Source of the DNA: an uncultured Actinomycetota bacterium
GTDB taxonomy: Bacteria; Actinomycetota; Actinomycetes; JAFAQI01
Direction of reading: 5' to 3'
DNA length: 64,000 nucleotides
Assembly (NCBI GenBank): GCA_963770565.1
Contig: CAVYQE010000011.1
Coordinates: 352,001-416,000, forward strand
Shown here: one piece after another, positions 29,184 to 38,645 of the stretch
How positions within the stretch are numbered: the stretch's first letter is position 1
Layout of the letters: every line of letters starts with the position of its first letter
Position numbers and translations under genes: made by a program
Notes under the pieces: model-generated
Seen by the model: the letters and a program-made list of their open reading frames with translations, nothing else
Databases searched by the model: none
Told to the model about the DNA's origin: nothing

Positions 29184-29654
29184 TCAGTCGACCGGACTCG
29201 GCAAGCCCTCCGGAACGACCAGCACGGGCTTGCGTTGTTTCCGCATCAGCGCCTCGGGCACCGAGCCGTGGAGCAAGCGGGCGCCCAGACCACGACGGCT
29301 CGCACCGACGATGATGAACAGCGCATCGAGGTCGTGCGCTGCTTTGGCCAGCGCATGCGCCGGCTCGTCGCGAGCAGTGTCGTAGAACCAGTCGACCGAG
29401 CAGCCGGACAGCATCGCCTCGGCCTCGCGCCGCTCCTGTGCGATCGTCTGCTCGGCGGAGCTTTCCCAGTCGGCTGAGTCCGGGTCGATCGGGTAGTCCT
29501 GTAGATCGATGACGTGCAGGATGAAGAGCTTCGCGCGAATCGTGGCGGCCAGGTCGATGGCCACCTGGAGGGCCCGATGGCTCGCCGGGTGCCGGTCGAA
29601 TCCGACCAGTACCCGATGCCCGCCCTCGAGATGCGGTCCGCTGAAGGGTTCCAT
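29184..29654 (-). CDS. Universal stress protein (UspA family)
   Basis: VLVGFD, LFILHVI, IIVGASRRG..RLLHGSV and PVLVVP. Start uncertain. Confidence 0.88.
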   Translation of the reverse strand: MEPFSGPHLEGGHRVLVGFDRHPASHRALQVAIDLAATIRAKLFILHVIDLQDYPIDPDSADWESSAEQTIAQERREAEAMLSGCSVDWFYDTARDEPAHALAKAAHDLDALFIIVGASRRGLGARLLHGSVPEALMRKQRKPVLVVPEGLPSPVD

Positions 29655-29785
29655 CGCCGCCAAGAGCGTATCGCCGCGTCCGGACGCCGATACGATTGTT
29701 CCACGGTTGCCGAGACCAAGCGACTGCTCGTCGATTCGGCGAGCAATGAAAGCCCTCGTCCTGGCGCCGACAGGAAGCGGTTCGC

Positions 29786-30514
29786 ATGGCACCCACCGAT
29801 CAGTTGGAGCCGGGGCGGCCACAGCCGCCCGATCCACTCGGCCAATTCGCCGCCGGGTTCGTGCACGACATCACCAACTCGCTCGGCGCGATCCTGAACT
29901 GCAGCGCGCTGCTTTCACGGCGACTGACCGACCCCGCCACCCTTCGCGACGTCAAGACGATCCAAGCCGCCGCGCAGCAGGCGCTCGAGCTGACCCGAGC
30001 CCTGGTCGCAGTCCTCGGCCAGCGGCCCTCGCACACCGAGCCGGTCGACCTGAACGACGTGGTTCGTGCCATTGCCGCGTCCTCCGGGCACGGCATCAAC
30101 TCGACGGTCCGGGTCCAGCTGGATCTTGCCGATGGCCCGCTGGTCTCGCTCGTGGATCGCGGCCAGTTTGAGCAGATCGTCGAGGCATTGACCCGGAACG
30201 GCTGCGAGGCGATGCCGGCCGGGGGTGAGCTCACGATCTCCACGCAGCAATCGCCCGATACCGAGGGTGCGGTCACCGTCCGGGTGACGGACTCGGGATA
30301 CGGCATGAGTCCGGAGGTCGCAGAGCGCGCGTTCGTACCGTTCTTCACCACGAAGCCGCGCGGGTCCGCCAGCGGCCTCGGGCTGGCTCTCGTCGACAAC
30401 CTGGTGCAGCGCAACGGAGGAGCCGTCGCGATCCACTCGGTGCTGGGTGAAGGGACCACCGTGACGCTCACCCTGCCCGCGGAAAGCCCGTCGACGCAGG
30501 TGCGCGATGGTTGA
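29786..30514 (+). CDS. Histidine kinase (HisKA + HATPase only, no sensor domain)
   Basis: FVHDITNSL H-box, NGCEAM, DSGYGM, FVPFFTTK and GLGL. Confidence 0.85.
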   Translation: MAPTDQLEPGRPQPPDPLGQFAAGFVHDITNSLGAILNCSALLSRRLTDPATLRDVKTIQAAAQQALELTRALVAVLGQRPSHTEPVDLNDVVRAIAASSGHGINSTVRVQLDLADGPLVSLVDRGQFEQIVEALTRNGCEAMPAGGELTISTQQSPDTEGAVTVRVTDSGYGMSPEVAERAFVPFFTTKPRGSASGLGLALVDNLVQRNGGAVAIHSVLGEGTTVTLTLPAESPSTQVRDG

Positions 30515-31172
30515 GCCGGGCGCCGACCCGGTCAGCGTTCTGATCGTCGACGACCACCTGATGTTCGCCGAGAGCCTGGCTCGGTTGCTTCAGGACGAAG
30601 GCGACATCGCCGTGGTCGGGCTGGCTCCGAGCGGTGCGGACGCGATCGAGATGTCGGGGCGCCTCTCGCCGGACGTCGTCCTGATCGACTATCAGATGCC
30701 AGATCGCGACGGCGTGGAGATCTCGGCCGAGATCAAGGAGCGCAATCCGCAGATCATGGTGGTGATGCTCACCGGCACCTCGGACGACCGGGTGTTGCTC
30801 GCCTCGATCGAAGCCGGATGCTCCGGGTTCCTCACCAAGGACCGGGCCGCCTCCGAGGTGGCCATCGCGGTACGGTCGGCGGCCGCGGGCGAGGCGCTGA
30901 TCACGCCCGCACTGCTCGCCCGGTTGTTGCCCAAACTCAGCCGGCGCCAGGCCGGGGTTGGGACCGAGCTGACCGCTCGCGAGCGCGAGGTCATGGCGTG
31001 CATGGCCCGCGGCTGGTCCAACAAGACGACAGCGACCGAGCTGTATCTCAGCGTGAACACGGTCCGCAACTACACCCAGTCGATCCTGACCAAGCTCGGC
31101 GCTCATTCGAAGCTCGAAGCGGTCTCCAGGGCCGTGCGGGAGGGAATCGTCGACTACCCGAGCCACTCCTGA
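30507..31172 (+). CDS. NarL/LuxR-family response regulator
   Basis: IVDDH, VLIDYQMPD and FLTK receiver motifs; LTARERE...LYLSVNTVRN HTH. Confidence 0.93.
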   Translation: MVEPGADPVSVLIVDDHLMFAESLARLLQDEGDIAVVGLAPSGADAIEMSGRLSPDVVLIDYQMPDRDGVEISAEIKERNPQIMVVMLTGTSDDRVLLASIEAGCSGFLTKDRAASEVAIAVRSAAAGEALITPALLARLLPKLSRRQAGVGTELTAREREVMACMARGWSNKTTATELYLSVNTVRNYTQSILTKLGAHSKLEAVSRAVREGIVDYPSHS

Positions 31173-31400
31173 GGGCTGATCCGCCGGCCCCGACGTGTGC
31201 TCGGCGGAGCCGGAAGAGGGTGCAATTGCATCCCCTTGACCGGTGATTACGCCTCTGTTTGAGCGGCCGCGAGATGTCGTTGTCACTACTGCGTGGGTCT
31301 CACGTGATTGCCCAGACCCTGCAACGCAAAGCGTGGGATCCACGCCCGTTGCAACGGATCCCCGATCCTTCAGCCCGTCGACCAGTCGCAAGGAGCCCGC

Positions 31401-31880
31401 ATGTTGCCACTGCCCGAGGATGAGACGTTCACCGCCTTCGTCAACGAGCTGAGCCGTCAGGGCGCCTCGGTGCGGACGATCGCCTCGGCGTTGAACCAGT
31501 CCGCGTGGGCCGACCCGAGCGGACGCAAGTGGCACTGGCGACAGGTGTCGGCGATCGTCGGCGTACCCACCGAACCGTCCAGCTCCGAGCCGCCCGCGGT
31601 GACCCGACCCCGCCCGGACCGGGCGTCGGCTCGACGGGTCGAGGTCCTTCGGGCCCTCCGTGACTGGCGGCCGTTCGACCAGTGGAATGTCGAGACGATC
31701 TGGCAGTACCACCAGGCCGGCGACTCGCTGACTGCGATCGCTCGAAGGATGAACCAGGCCGGTGTGCCCGCGCCGAACGGCCGGCAGTGGAACCGGTTCT
31801 GGGTTAACGTCATGCTTCACGCCCAGGAGGTTGCGACTGCTGGTGCCGACCGCGACGCGTGGATCGCACTGACCGCATAG
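31401..31880 (+). CDS. Small protein with two recombinase-family DNA-binding modules and no catalytic domain
   Basis: GASVRTIASALNQ...PSGRKWHWRQVSAI and GDSLTAIARRMNQAGVPAPNGRQWNRFWV. ATG after AGGAG. Confidence 0.7.
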   Translation: MLPLPEDETFTAFVNELSRQGASVRTIASALNQSAWADPSGRKWHWRQVSAIVGVPTEPSSSEPPAVTRPRPDRASARRVEVLRALRDWRPFDQWNVETIWQYHQAGDSLTAIARRMNQAGVPAPNGRQWNRFWVNVMLHAQEVATAGADRDAWIALTA

Positions 31881-31891
31881 CGCGGCCGCGC

Positions 31892-32530
31892 CTATCGAGG
31901 CGTGCCGATGCTCACGAAGTACTCGTCGCGGGGTGGTGCGGGTTCGCGGGCAGGTCGGTCGATCGGAGGACGAGGCACCCGGACGTCGACCACGATCGTT
32001 CCCGCCGCTCGGTCATGCAAGCCGCGGCGCCGGTCGTCCCGTAGCGCCGGTAGGTAGGCGAGCAGTCCGGTCGCCGGGAACGGGATCAGTCCCGGAACCT
32101 GCGGGACGACCCACCGCCGCCACGAGCGGGCCCAGCCCGGTGGCTCCAGTTGGCGCTGCTCCGGATGGTCGATGACGACCCGCAGACCCAGCAGGACCTT
32201 GCCGACGCCGGCTCCCCATTTGGCCGTCGTGACCACCCGGTAGGCGACCGTCGCGAGCGTGATGACGCTGAGAAGCGCGAGAATGCCCAGGATCGGCTTG
32301 AGCGCGCTCAGCTGGGGAGACTGGGGGTTGGTCGCGGCCGCCAGGGCCCGGCCGGTCCGGCCACCCACCGACTTGAAGCTCAGCAGGTGGGCAATGACCT
32401 CGAAGTCACCGGTGCCGCCCACCACGAGCACCAGGCCGGTGCCGAGCGCTACACCGATCGCGGCGTCAAGGAGCCAGGCGGCGATCCGGCGTCCGAGCGG
32501 CGCGACGGCGTACCCGGGCGCAGCGGTCAT
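31892..32530 (-). CDS. RDD-family membrane protein
   Basis: APLGRRIAAWLLD, GKVLLGLRVV and RRGLHDRAAGTIVV. Confidence 0.88.
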   Translation of the reverse strand: MTAAPGYAVAPLGRRIAAWLLDAAIGVALGTGLVLVVGGTGDFEVIAHLLSFKSVGGRTGRALAAATNPQSPQLSALKPILGILALLSVITLATVAYRVVTTAKWGAGVGKVLLGLRVVIDHPEQRQLEPPGWARSWRRWVVPQVPGLIPFPATGLLAYLPALRDDRRRGLHDRAAGTIVVDVRVPRPPIDRPAREPAPPRDEYFVSIGTPR

Positions 32531-32697
32531 GCAAGCACCATCGACCTGGCGCGATCGCGAGTTGACTCCAACCTTCGCCTCCGGATGACCGGAATTGTTA
32601 GCCCGACTGCGAAATCGCGAGTACCGTCGTTGTTGAGGCCACTTTCTCCAGAGCCCGGACCGACGCTCTAGCCGCACGTTGCTAGATCGGAAGCCGG

Positions 32698-33513
32698 ATG
32701 CCCACACTCAGTCCGACCGATCGAACCGCGCTCGTTGCGATCATGGCGCACGAGATCCGGACGCCCCTGAGCATCATGGTGTTGCTCGCCGAGCAGCTCG
32801 AGGCCAACGACAGTGACACCATGACCGAGCCGCAGGTCGAATCGGCGACCGTCTTGCACGCCTGCGGTCGTGACCTGCTGGCGCTGCTGGACAGCGTGCT
32901 CGACCTCGCGAAGTCCGACGCCGGGACGTTGGCCGTCGACCTCGTCAGGGTCGAGATCAGCGACCTGCGCGACACGCTGTGCCGGGAGTTCGCGTATCTG
33001 GCTCGTGACCGCGGTCTCGACCTGTTGGTCGAGGTCGCGCCGGACGTGCCCGCAGAGTTCGTCACCGACCCGCTCCGGCTCCGCCAGGTCCTGACGAACC
33101 TGCTCGCTAACGCGATCAAGTTCACCGAGTACGGCGGGGTGCGGGTGTGCGTCGACGTGGCCGACACCGGACCGACGGGGTCGGGCGCGGATCGCGAGGA
33201 CGGCCGGACCCTCGCGATCTCGGTGATCGACACCGGCATCGGCATCGATCCGCAGGACCAGGAGCGGATCTTCGAGTCGTTCACTCAAGCGAACGCTGCG
33301 AGCGGCCGCCGTAGCGGTGGGGCCGGTCTCGGCCTGTCGATCAGCCGCCAGCTCGTCCAGTTGCTGGGCGGCCGGATCACCGTCAACAGTCAACCCGGCG
33401 AGGGAAGCACCTTCACCGTGCATCTGCCGCTGCCTCGATCGATGAGCGAGTCCGTCCCAGCGGGCGCCGACCGGTTGTTCTGGGCCGCGCCCGAACAGTG
33501 TGTTCCGACGTGA
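32698..33513 (+). CDS. Histidine kinase (BarA-like core, no sensor or receiver)
   Basis: MAHEIRTPL, RLRQVLTNLLANAIKFT, DTGIGI, FESFTQ and GAGLGLSI. Confidence 0.9.
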   Translation: MPTLSPTDRTALVAIMAHEIRTPLSIMVLLAEQLEANDSDTMTEPQVESATVLHACGRDLLALLDSVLDLAKSDAGTLAVDLVRVEISDLRDTLCREFAYLARDRGLDLLVEVAPDVPAEFVTDPLRLRQVLTNLLANAIKFTEYGGVRVCVDVADTGPTGSGADREDGRTLAISVIDTGIGIDPQDQERIFESFTQANAASGRRSGGAGLGLSISRQLVQLLGGRITVNSQPGEGSTFTVHLPLPRSMSESVPAGADRLFWAAPEQCVPT

Positions 33514-34571
33514 GCCAGCCGATGTCGGTGCCGGTGCTCGTCGTGGATGACGACGCCAGCAAGCGGTTTGCGTTGAAGTCGGTGGTCGCCCCGCTCGGGT
33601 GTGCGGTCATCGAGGCGGGATCGGGGCGGGCCGCGGTCGATTGCGTGCGGGCGCAGGACTTCGCCGTGATCCTGCTCGACGTGCTGATGCCAGGAATGGA
33701 CGGCCTTGAGACCGCGGCACTGATCCGCACGCACGAGCGGGCTGGTCCGACCCCGATCATCTTCACGACCGCGCTGAGCGCCGATGAGGTCTCCCGCGCC
33801 GATCTCTTCGCGCAAGGAGCCGTCGACTTCATCCACGCCCCGATTGCCGCGCAGGAGCTGCGCGCGAAGGTCGCGGTCTTCGTCGGCTTCTACGCCAACA
33901 CCGCCGAACTGCTGGCCAAGGCCCGCGCTGCCGAGGCGTCAGCGACCCGGCTCGAACGGCTGAACCTCGAGCTCGCCGCGATCGCGCGCCGCGATGCCTT
34001 GACCGGGCTACCGAACCGGCGCGCGCTCAGCGAGGATCTCGAGGGCATCGAGGCCCGGGTCAGCCGGTACGGGCACCGCTACTGCATGGCCGTCACGGAC
34101 ATTGACCTCTTCAAGTCCTACAACGACGCCTACGGCCATCAGGCCGGCGACGAGGCGCTTCAGATCGTCGGCGCGCGCCTCGCCGAGTTGCTGCGCACCG
34201 GGGACTCGCTCTATCGGTACGGCGGCGAGGAGTTCCTGTGCATTCTCCCCGAGCAGTCCCTTGACTCGGGTGTGACCGCGCTGGAACGAATGCGCCGGGG
34301 GGTCGAGGCGCTGCGGATCGGCCATCCTGGCAACCCGGGTGGCGTACTCACCTTGAGCGGCGGGGTGGCGATCCTCCAGCCCCCGACGCGGTGCTCGGCC
34401 AGTCACGTGCTCAAGGCCGCTGACGAGGCGCTCTATCGGGCCAAGGCGCTTGGTCGCAACCGGATCGAGTTCACTGTGTGCACCGAATCGGCGATCGGGG
34501 AGGTCGCCGATCACGTCGTCGTCCCGATCCACGCGAACGGCAGCCGGGCCGGATCGGACTGCTGGAAATGA
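33510..34571 (+). CDS. REC-GGDEF diguanylate cyclase
   Basis: VVDDD/LLDVLMP receiver, DALTGL, DIDLFKSYND, RTGD I-site and GGEEF. GTGA-coupled to the kinase. Confidence 0.92.
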   Translation: MSQPMSVPVLVVDDDASKRFALKSVVAPLGCAVIEAGSGRAAVDCVRAQDFAVILLDVLMPGMDGLETAALIRTHERAGPTPIIFTTALSADEVSRADLFAQGAVDFIHAPIAAQELRAKVAVFVGFYANTAELLAKARAAEASATRLERLNLELAAIARRDALTGLPNRRALSEDLEGIEARVSRYGHRYCMAVTDIDLFKSYNDAYGHQAGDEALQIVGARLAELLRTGDSLYRYGGEEFLCILPEQSLDSGVTALERMRRGVEALRIGHPGNPGGVLTLSGGVAILQPPTRCSASHVLKAADEALYRAKALGRNRIEFTVCTESAIGEVADHVVVPIHANGSRAGSDCWK

Positions 34572-36721
34572 TCCGCCGCAGCCGCGTCGGTCGCTCGTCC
34601 GGCGTGGAGACCAGCAACCAGGCCGGGCTGCTCGACCGGGCGCAGCGGCTGGCTCAGCTCGGCAGCTTCGAGCACGACCTCGTGACCGGCGCGCGGTTCT
34701 ACTCCGCGGAGTTCCGGCGGATCGTCGGCGCGGTGCCAGGTGAGCCGATCGCGGACGACATCCTCTTGTCGCTCACTCACCTTGCCGACCAGAAGGCGAT
34801 CCGGGCCGCCTGGACCGAGGCGACGGTTCGAGGTGGCTGCGTCGATGTCTCGGTCCGCCTGCTCCGCGACGACACGGGCTTGCGCTTCGTGCGGCTGCGG
34901 GTGGCCGCCGATGTCGGGCCCGACGGCACGATCGGCAAGGTGATCGGCACCTTGCTCGACGAGACCGACCGGGTCGACGGCGCGGAGCGCGGTCGCGAGG
35001 CCGAGGTCAGGTTCGAGCTCGGTTTCGAACGTTCCGAGATCGGTGCCGCGATCGTCGGCATCGACGGCGCGCCGAGCCGGGTCAACCCGGCATTCTGCCG
35101 GCTGCTCGGACAGTCGGCCGATCAGCTCACCGGCGTTCCCTGGCCGGCGTACGACGACGACCCGCCGCTGTGGTCGCGGGTGCTTGCCGCCGTGACCAAC
35201 GGGCACGAGAGCTACTCGGACGAGCGCCGGTTCGTCCGGCCGGACGGGTCGATGATCTGGGCGATCACGCACGTCGGCATCGCGCGGGACGCCAACGGTG
35301 CCTTCCAGTACTACTTCGTGCAGTTGCAGGACGTGACGGAGCGCAAGCGGATGGAGGACGACTTCGCGCACCACCTGCTGCACGACCCGCTGACCGGGCT
35401 CGCGAACCGCGCGTCGCTTACCGACCGGCTCGTGCAAGGGCTCGCGGCCTCGCGCAGAAGGCATTCGCAGCTCGGCATCATGTTTGTCGACATCGATCAA
35501 CTGCAGGCAGTGAACTCCTCGCTCGGCCACGGCTCCGGTGACCTGCTCGTGCGGCAGGTGGCGAGCCGGCTCGCGGTGGCGATCCGGCCCGGGGACACGC
35601 TGGCCCGGATCGGTGGCGAGGAGTTCGTCGTCGTGTGCGACCGCGTCACCGCACCATTGATCGAGGCGATCGCGCGGCGGGTGTTGGTCGCGCTCAGCGA
35701 ACCTAGCGGCGCGGATGGTCACGGGTTGAACGTGTCGGCCGGCGTCGGCATCGCGGTGGCCGATGAGACCTCGACCCCGGAGACGCTCCTGCGGGACTCG
35801 TGCGCCGCGATGTACCGGGCGAAAGCGAGTGGTCACGGCGGCGTGGTGGTGTTCGACGAGACGGTCCGCGCGGACGCACAACGGCGATCCGCCACCGCAC
35901 TGTCGTTGCGGCACGCCATCGAGCGCGGCGAACTCACGGTGCACTACCAGCCGATTGTCGACCTGGCCACGGGCAACCTGGTCAGCGCGGAGGCCTTGGC
36001 GCGCTGGACCGATCCGATCCGCGGTCCGGTCAGCCCGGCGGAGTTCATCCCGATCGCCGAGCAGACCGGGCTGATCGTGCCGATCGGTGCCTGGGTGCTG
36101 GAGCAGGCGTGCGCCCAGCTCGCCCGCTGGCAACGGACCCCGATCACGATGTCGCTGTCGGTCAATCTCTCCGTGCGCCAGATGAACGCGCCCGATGTGG
36201 TGGCACTGGTGCGGGACGCATTGATCCGTACCGGCGCCCGCCCGGAGCGGCTCTGCCTCGAGCTCACCGAGAGCGTCGTGATGAGCGATGTCGAATCCGC
36301 CCGCTGGACGCTGGAGGAGCTCAAGGCGCTCGGGGTCACCTTGTCGATCGACGACTTCGGCACCGGTTACTCGGCGCTGAGCTACCTCAAGCGCTTCCCG
36401 GTCGATGCCGTGAAGGTCGACCGATCCTTCGTCGGCGGCCTCGGCACCGACCCGCACGACTCGGCATTGGTGGCCGCGATCATTGCGATGGCCGCCGCCC
36501 TCGACCTCGAGGTCACTGCGGAAGGGGTGGAGACACCGAGCCAGCTGGCGGACCTGGTCCGGCTCGGGTGCGGACGGGCTCAGGGCTTCTACCTGGCCTC
36601 GCCGATGCCGGCCGAGGAGATGACCGAGCTGGTCGGCGAGCCGCACCGGTGGGCGTTCGACTTCCACGCGGACGCCACCCCGAAGAGCAATGTCACATTG
36701 CCCTGGGAAATTCGGGGGTGA
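34568..36721 (+). CDS. PAS-PAS-GGDEF-EAL c-di-GMP enzyme
   Basis: Two PAS/PAC segments, HDPLTGL, GGEEF, EALARW, ELTES, DDFGTGYS, AEGVE and QG. Confidence 0.92.
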   Translation: MIRRSRVGRSSGVETSNQAGLLDRAQRLAQLGSFEHDLVTGARFYSAEFRRIVGAVPGEPIADDILLSLTHLADQKAIRAAWTEATVRGGCVDVSVRLLRDDTGLRFVRLRVAADVGPDGTIGKVIGTLLDETDRVDGAERGREAEVRFELGFERSEIGAAIVGIDGAPSRVNPAFCRLLGQSADQLTGVPWPAYDDDPPLWSRVLAAVTNGHESYSDERRFVRPDGSMIWAITHVGIARDANGAFQYYFVQLQDVTERKRMEDDFAHHLLHDPLTGLANRASLTDRLVQGLAASRRRHSQLGIMFVDIDQLQAVNSSLGHGSGDLLVRQVASRLAVAIRPGDTLARIGGEEFVVVCDRVTAPLIEAIARRVLVALSEPSGADGHGLNVSAGVGIAVADETSTPETLLRDSCAAMYRAKASGHGGVVVFDETVRADAQRRSATALSLRHAIERGELTVHYQPIVDLATGNLVSAEALARWTDPIRGPVSPAEFIPIAEQTGLIVPIGAWVLEQACAQLARWQRTPITMSLSVNLSVRQMNAPDVVALVRDALIRTGARPERLCLELTESVVMSDVESARWTLEELKALGVTLSIDDFGTGYSALSYLKRFPVDAVKVDRSFVGGLGTDPHDSALVAAIIAMAAALDLEVTAEGVETPSQLADLVRLGCGRAQGFYLASPMPAEEMTELVGEPHRWAFDFHADATPKSNVTLPWEIRG

Positions 36722-36763
36722 TGTCACAGGGCCCCGACAAAGTCGGGGCAATGTGACATTGCT
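36686..36763. repeat. 78-bp REP/MITE-like element with 18-bp perfect inverted repeats
   Basis: agcaatgtcacattgccc (36686-36703) / gggcaatgtgacattgct (36746-36763); each arm is itself palindromic. Confidence 0.8.
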
Positions 36764-36802
36764 TGGCGCGGCCGGTACGGCGCTCACCCGCACGGGTCAG
36801 GA

Positions 36803-36828
36803 AACTGTACCGTCCGGACGGTACAGTT
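36803..36828. promoter_or_regulatory. Perfect 26-bp palindrome, likely TetR operator overlapping the -10
   Basis: AACTGTACCGTCC|GGACGGTACAGTT contains TACAGT (36822-27), which lies 6 nt before the TetR ATG. Confidence 0.82.
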
Positions 36829-36833
36829 GACGG

Positions 36834-37382
36834 ATGGCCAGCGCGACCCGGGACCGAATTCTCGATGCCTCGGAGAGCATCGTGATCAGTTCCGGCGTCT
36901 CCCGGCTCACCCTCGAAGCCGCGGCTGCGGAGGCCGGGTTGAGCAAGGGCGGGGTGCTGTATCACTTCCGCACTCGCGACGCGCTGGTGTCGGCCATGGT
37001 CGAACGCTTGGTGGCCGGGTTCGATGCCGACCTTGCCGACGAGAGCGCGCGCGACGACGGCGGGGACGCCGGTCGCTACGTCCGGGCATATGTCCGGGCC
37101 ACGGTTCGGCCGGCGCAGACCGCCGAGGCCATCCGGCGTGAGCGGGCGGGCGCGGCGATCCTTGCGGCGATGGCCTGTGAGCCGGAGTTGCTCGAGCCGC
37201 TGCGCCGTTCATTCGACCGGTGGCAGGCCCGGCTCGTTGCCGACGGCGTCGACCCGGTCCGGGCCACCGTCGCGCGACTGGTCGTCGACGGGATCTGGAT
37301 GGCCGAGCTGTTCGGCTTCTCGCCCCTGGAGGAGCCACTGCGCAGCCGGGTGGCCGCCTTCGTCGAGGACCTGAGTCGATGA
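36834..37382 (+). CDS. TetR-family transcriptional regulator
   Basis: N-terminal HTH LTLEAAAAEAGLSKGGVLYHF. Confidence 0.93.
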   Translation: MASATRDRILDASESIVISSGVSRLTLEAAAAEAGLSKGGVLYHFRTRDALVSAMVERLVAGFDADLADESARDDGGDAGRYVRAYVRATVRPAQTAEAIRRERAGAAILAAMACEPELLEPLRRSFDRWQARLVADGVDPVRATVARLVVDGIWMAELFGFSPLEEPLRSRVAAFVEDLSR

Positions 37383-38560
37383 CCCGCTCCACTCGGCACT
37401 TCCTCTTCGTGCTCACCGGCACCGCATTCATCGAATGGCTCGGGGCGAGCGCGATCCTTCCGCTGCTTCCGGCCTACCTCCGTCACCACGGGACGTCGAC
37501 CGGCACGGTCGGCCTGGTGATGTCGGCGTACTTCGTGGCCGGGCTGATCGTGCAGTACCCACTCGGTCATCTCGGCGATCGGATCGGGCAGCGCCCGGTC
37601 CTGATCGGCGGGCTGTTGAGCTACGCCGTCGGCAGCCTCGGCTTCCTGCTGCATCCGGGCGCCGCCGGCTACATCGCGCTGCGCGGGGCCCAAGGCGCCG
37701 GTGCCGGCGCGGTTCAGGTCGCGTCGTTCGCGATGGTCGGTGCCGTTGTTGCGTCGGACCGGCGGGGGCGGGCTTTCTCGTGGTTGTTCGCAGGGCAGCT
37801 CGGCGGGATGGCGATCGGGCCATTGGCGGGCAGCTTCGCCGGCATCTCCGGAATGCCGATCCTCTTCGTCGCCACGGCGATCACGTCGACGGTTGCCAGC
37901 GTGTGGGCGCTCAGCAGCCTTCCTCGAGTCGGCGGTGCGACCGATGCCGCGCCGTCCCGGCTGGTGGTCAACCGGCTGCTGCTCGGCGTGGTCGTGACTG
38001 GTGTCGTCGGCGGGCTGATCACCGGGGTCTACGAGACGTGCTGGACCCTGTTGCTCGACCTGCGCGGCGCGCACGCCTGGCAGGTCGGCCTGTCCTGGAC
38101 GCTGTTCGCAGCGCCGTTCGCCGCGTTCTCGCCGCTGGCCGGCCGGATGGCCGATCGGTTCAACCGGGTGACCCTCACGATCGCCGCGCTCACGTCCTCG
38201 GTGTTCTTCGCGGCCCTGTATCCGTTCCTGCACTGGCTGCCGTTGCTGATCGGCCTCGGATCGGTCGAGTCGATCGGGGTCGCGGTCGCGTACCCGGCCG
38301 CACAGTCGCTGCTCGCGCAAAGTGTTCCGGCGTCGGCCTTGGGCCGCGCTCAAGGGCTGTCGAACGGCACGCAGACCGCGGCGATGGCGGTGTCAGCCGC
38401 CGCGAGTGGGGCGTTGTTCGGCATCGCCCCGTGGGTGCCCTTCGTCGGTGCGGCCGCGTGCGCCGCGGTCCTGATCGGGTTGCTCCCGTGGATCTGGCGA
38501 TTCGGGGCGGACCAGCCGAGCCCGGCGCCGCACGACCGGCCGATGAGTCTGATTGTCTGA
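37379..38560 (+). CDS. MFS transporter (DHA1-like efflux)
   Basis: GHLGDRIGQRP motif A, LRGAQG, GRMADRFNR and about 12 hydrophobic segments. ATGA-coupled to TetR. Confidence 0.9.
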   Translation: MTRSTRHFLFVLTGTAFIEWLGASAILPLLPAYLRHHGTSTGTVGLVMSAYFVAGLIVQYPLGHLGDRIGQRPVLIGGLLSYAVGSLGFLLHPGAAGYIALRGAQGAGAGAVQVASFAMVGAVVASDRRGRAFSWLFAGQLGGMAIGPLAGSFAGISGMPILFVATAITSTVASVWALSSLPRVGGATDAAPSRLVVNRLLLGVVVTGVVGGLITGVYETCWTLLLDLRGAHAWQVGLSWTLFAAPFAAFSPLAGRMADRFNRVTLTIAALTSSVFFAALYPFLHWLPLLIGLGSVESIGVAVAYPAAQSLLAQSVPASALGRAQGLSNGTQTAAMAVSAAASGALFGIAPWVPFVGAAACAAVLIGLLPWIWRFGADQPSPAPHDRPMSLIV

Positions 38561-38645
38561 TTGCAGATTTGTGCTACGGTCCGCGCTCGTGATCGAGCCG
38601 GCCGCTCTCTGCGGCGCGGCCGCTGAGCAGGAAGGCGTCTGAGCC

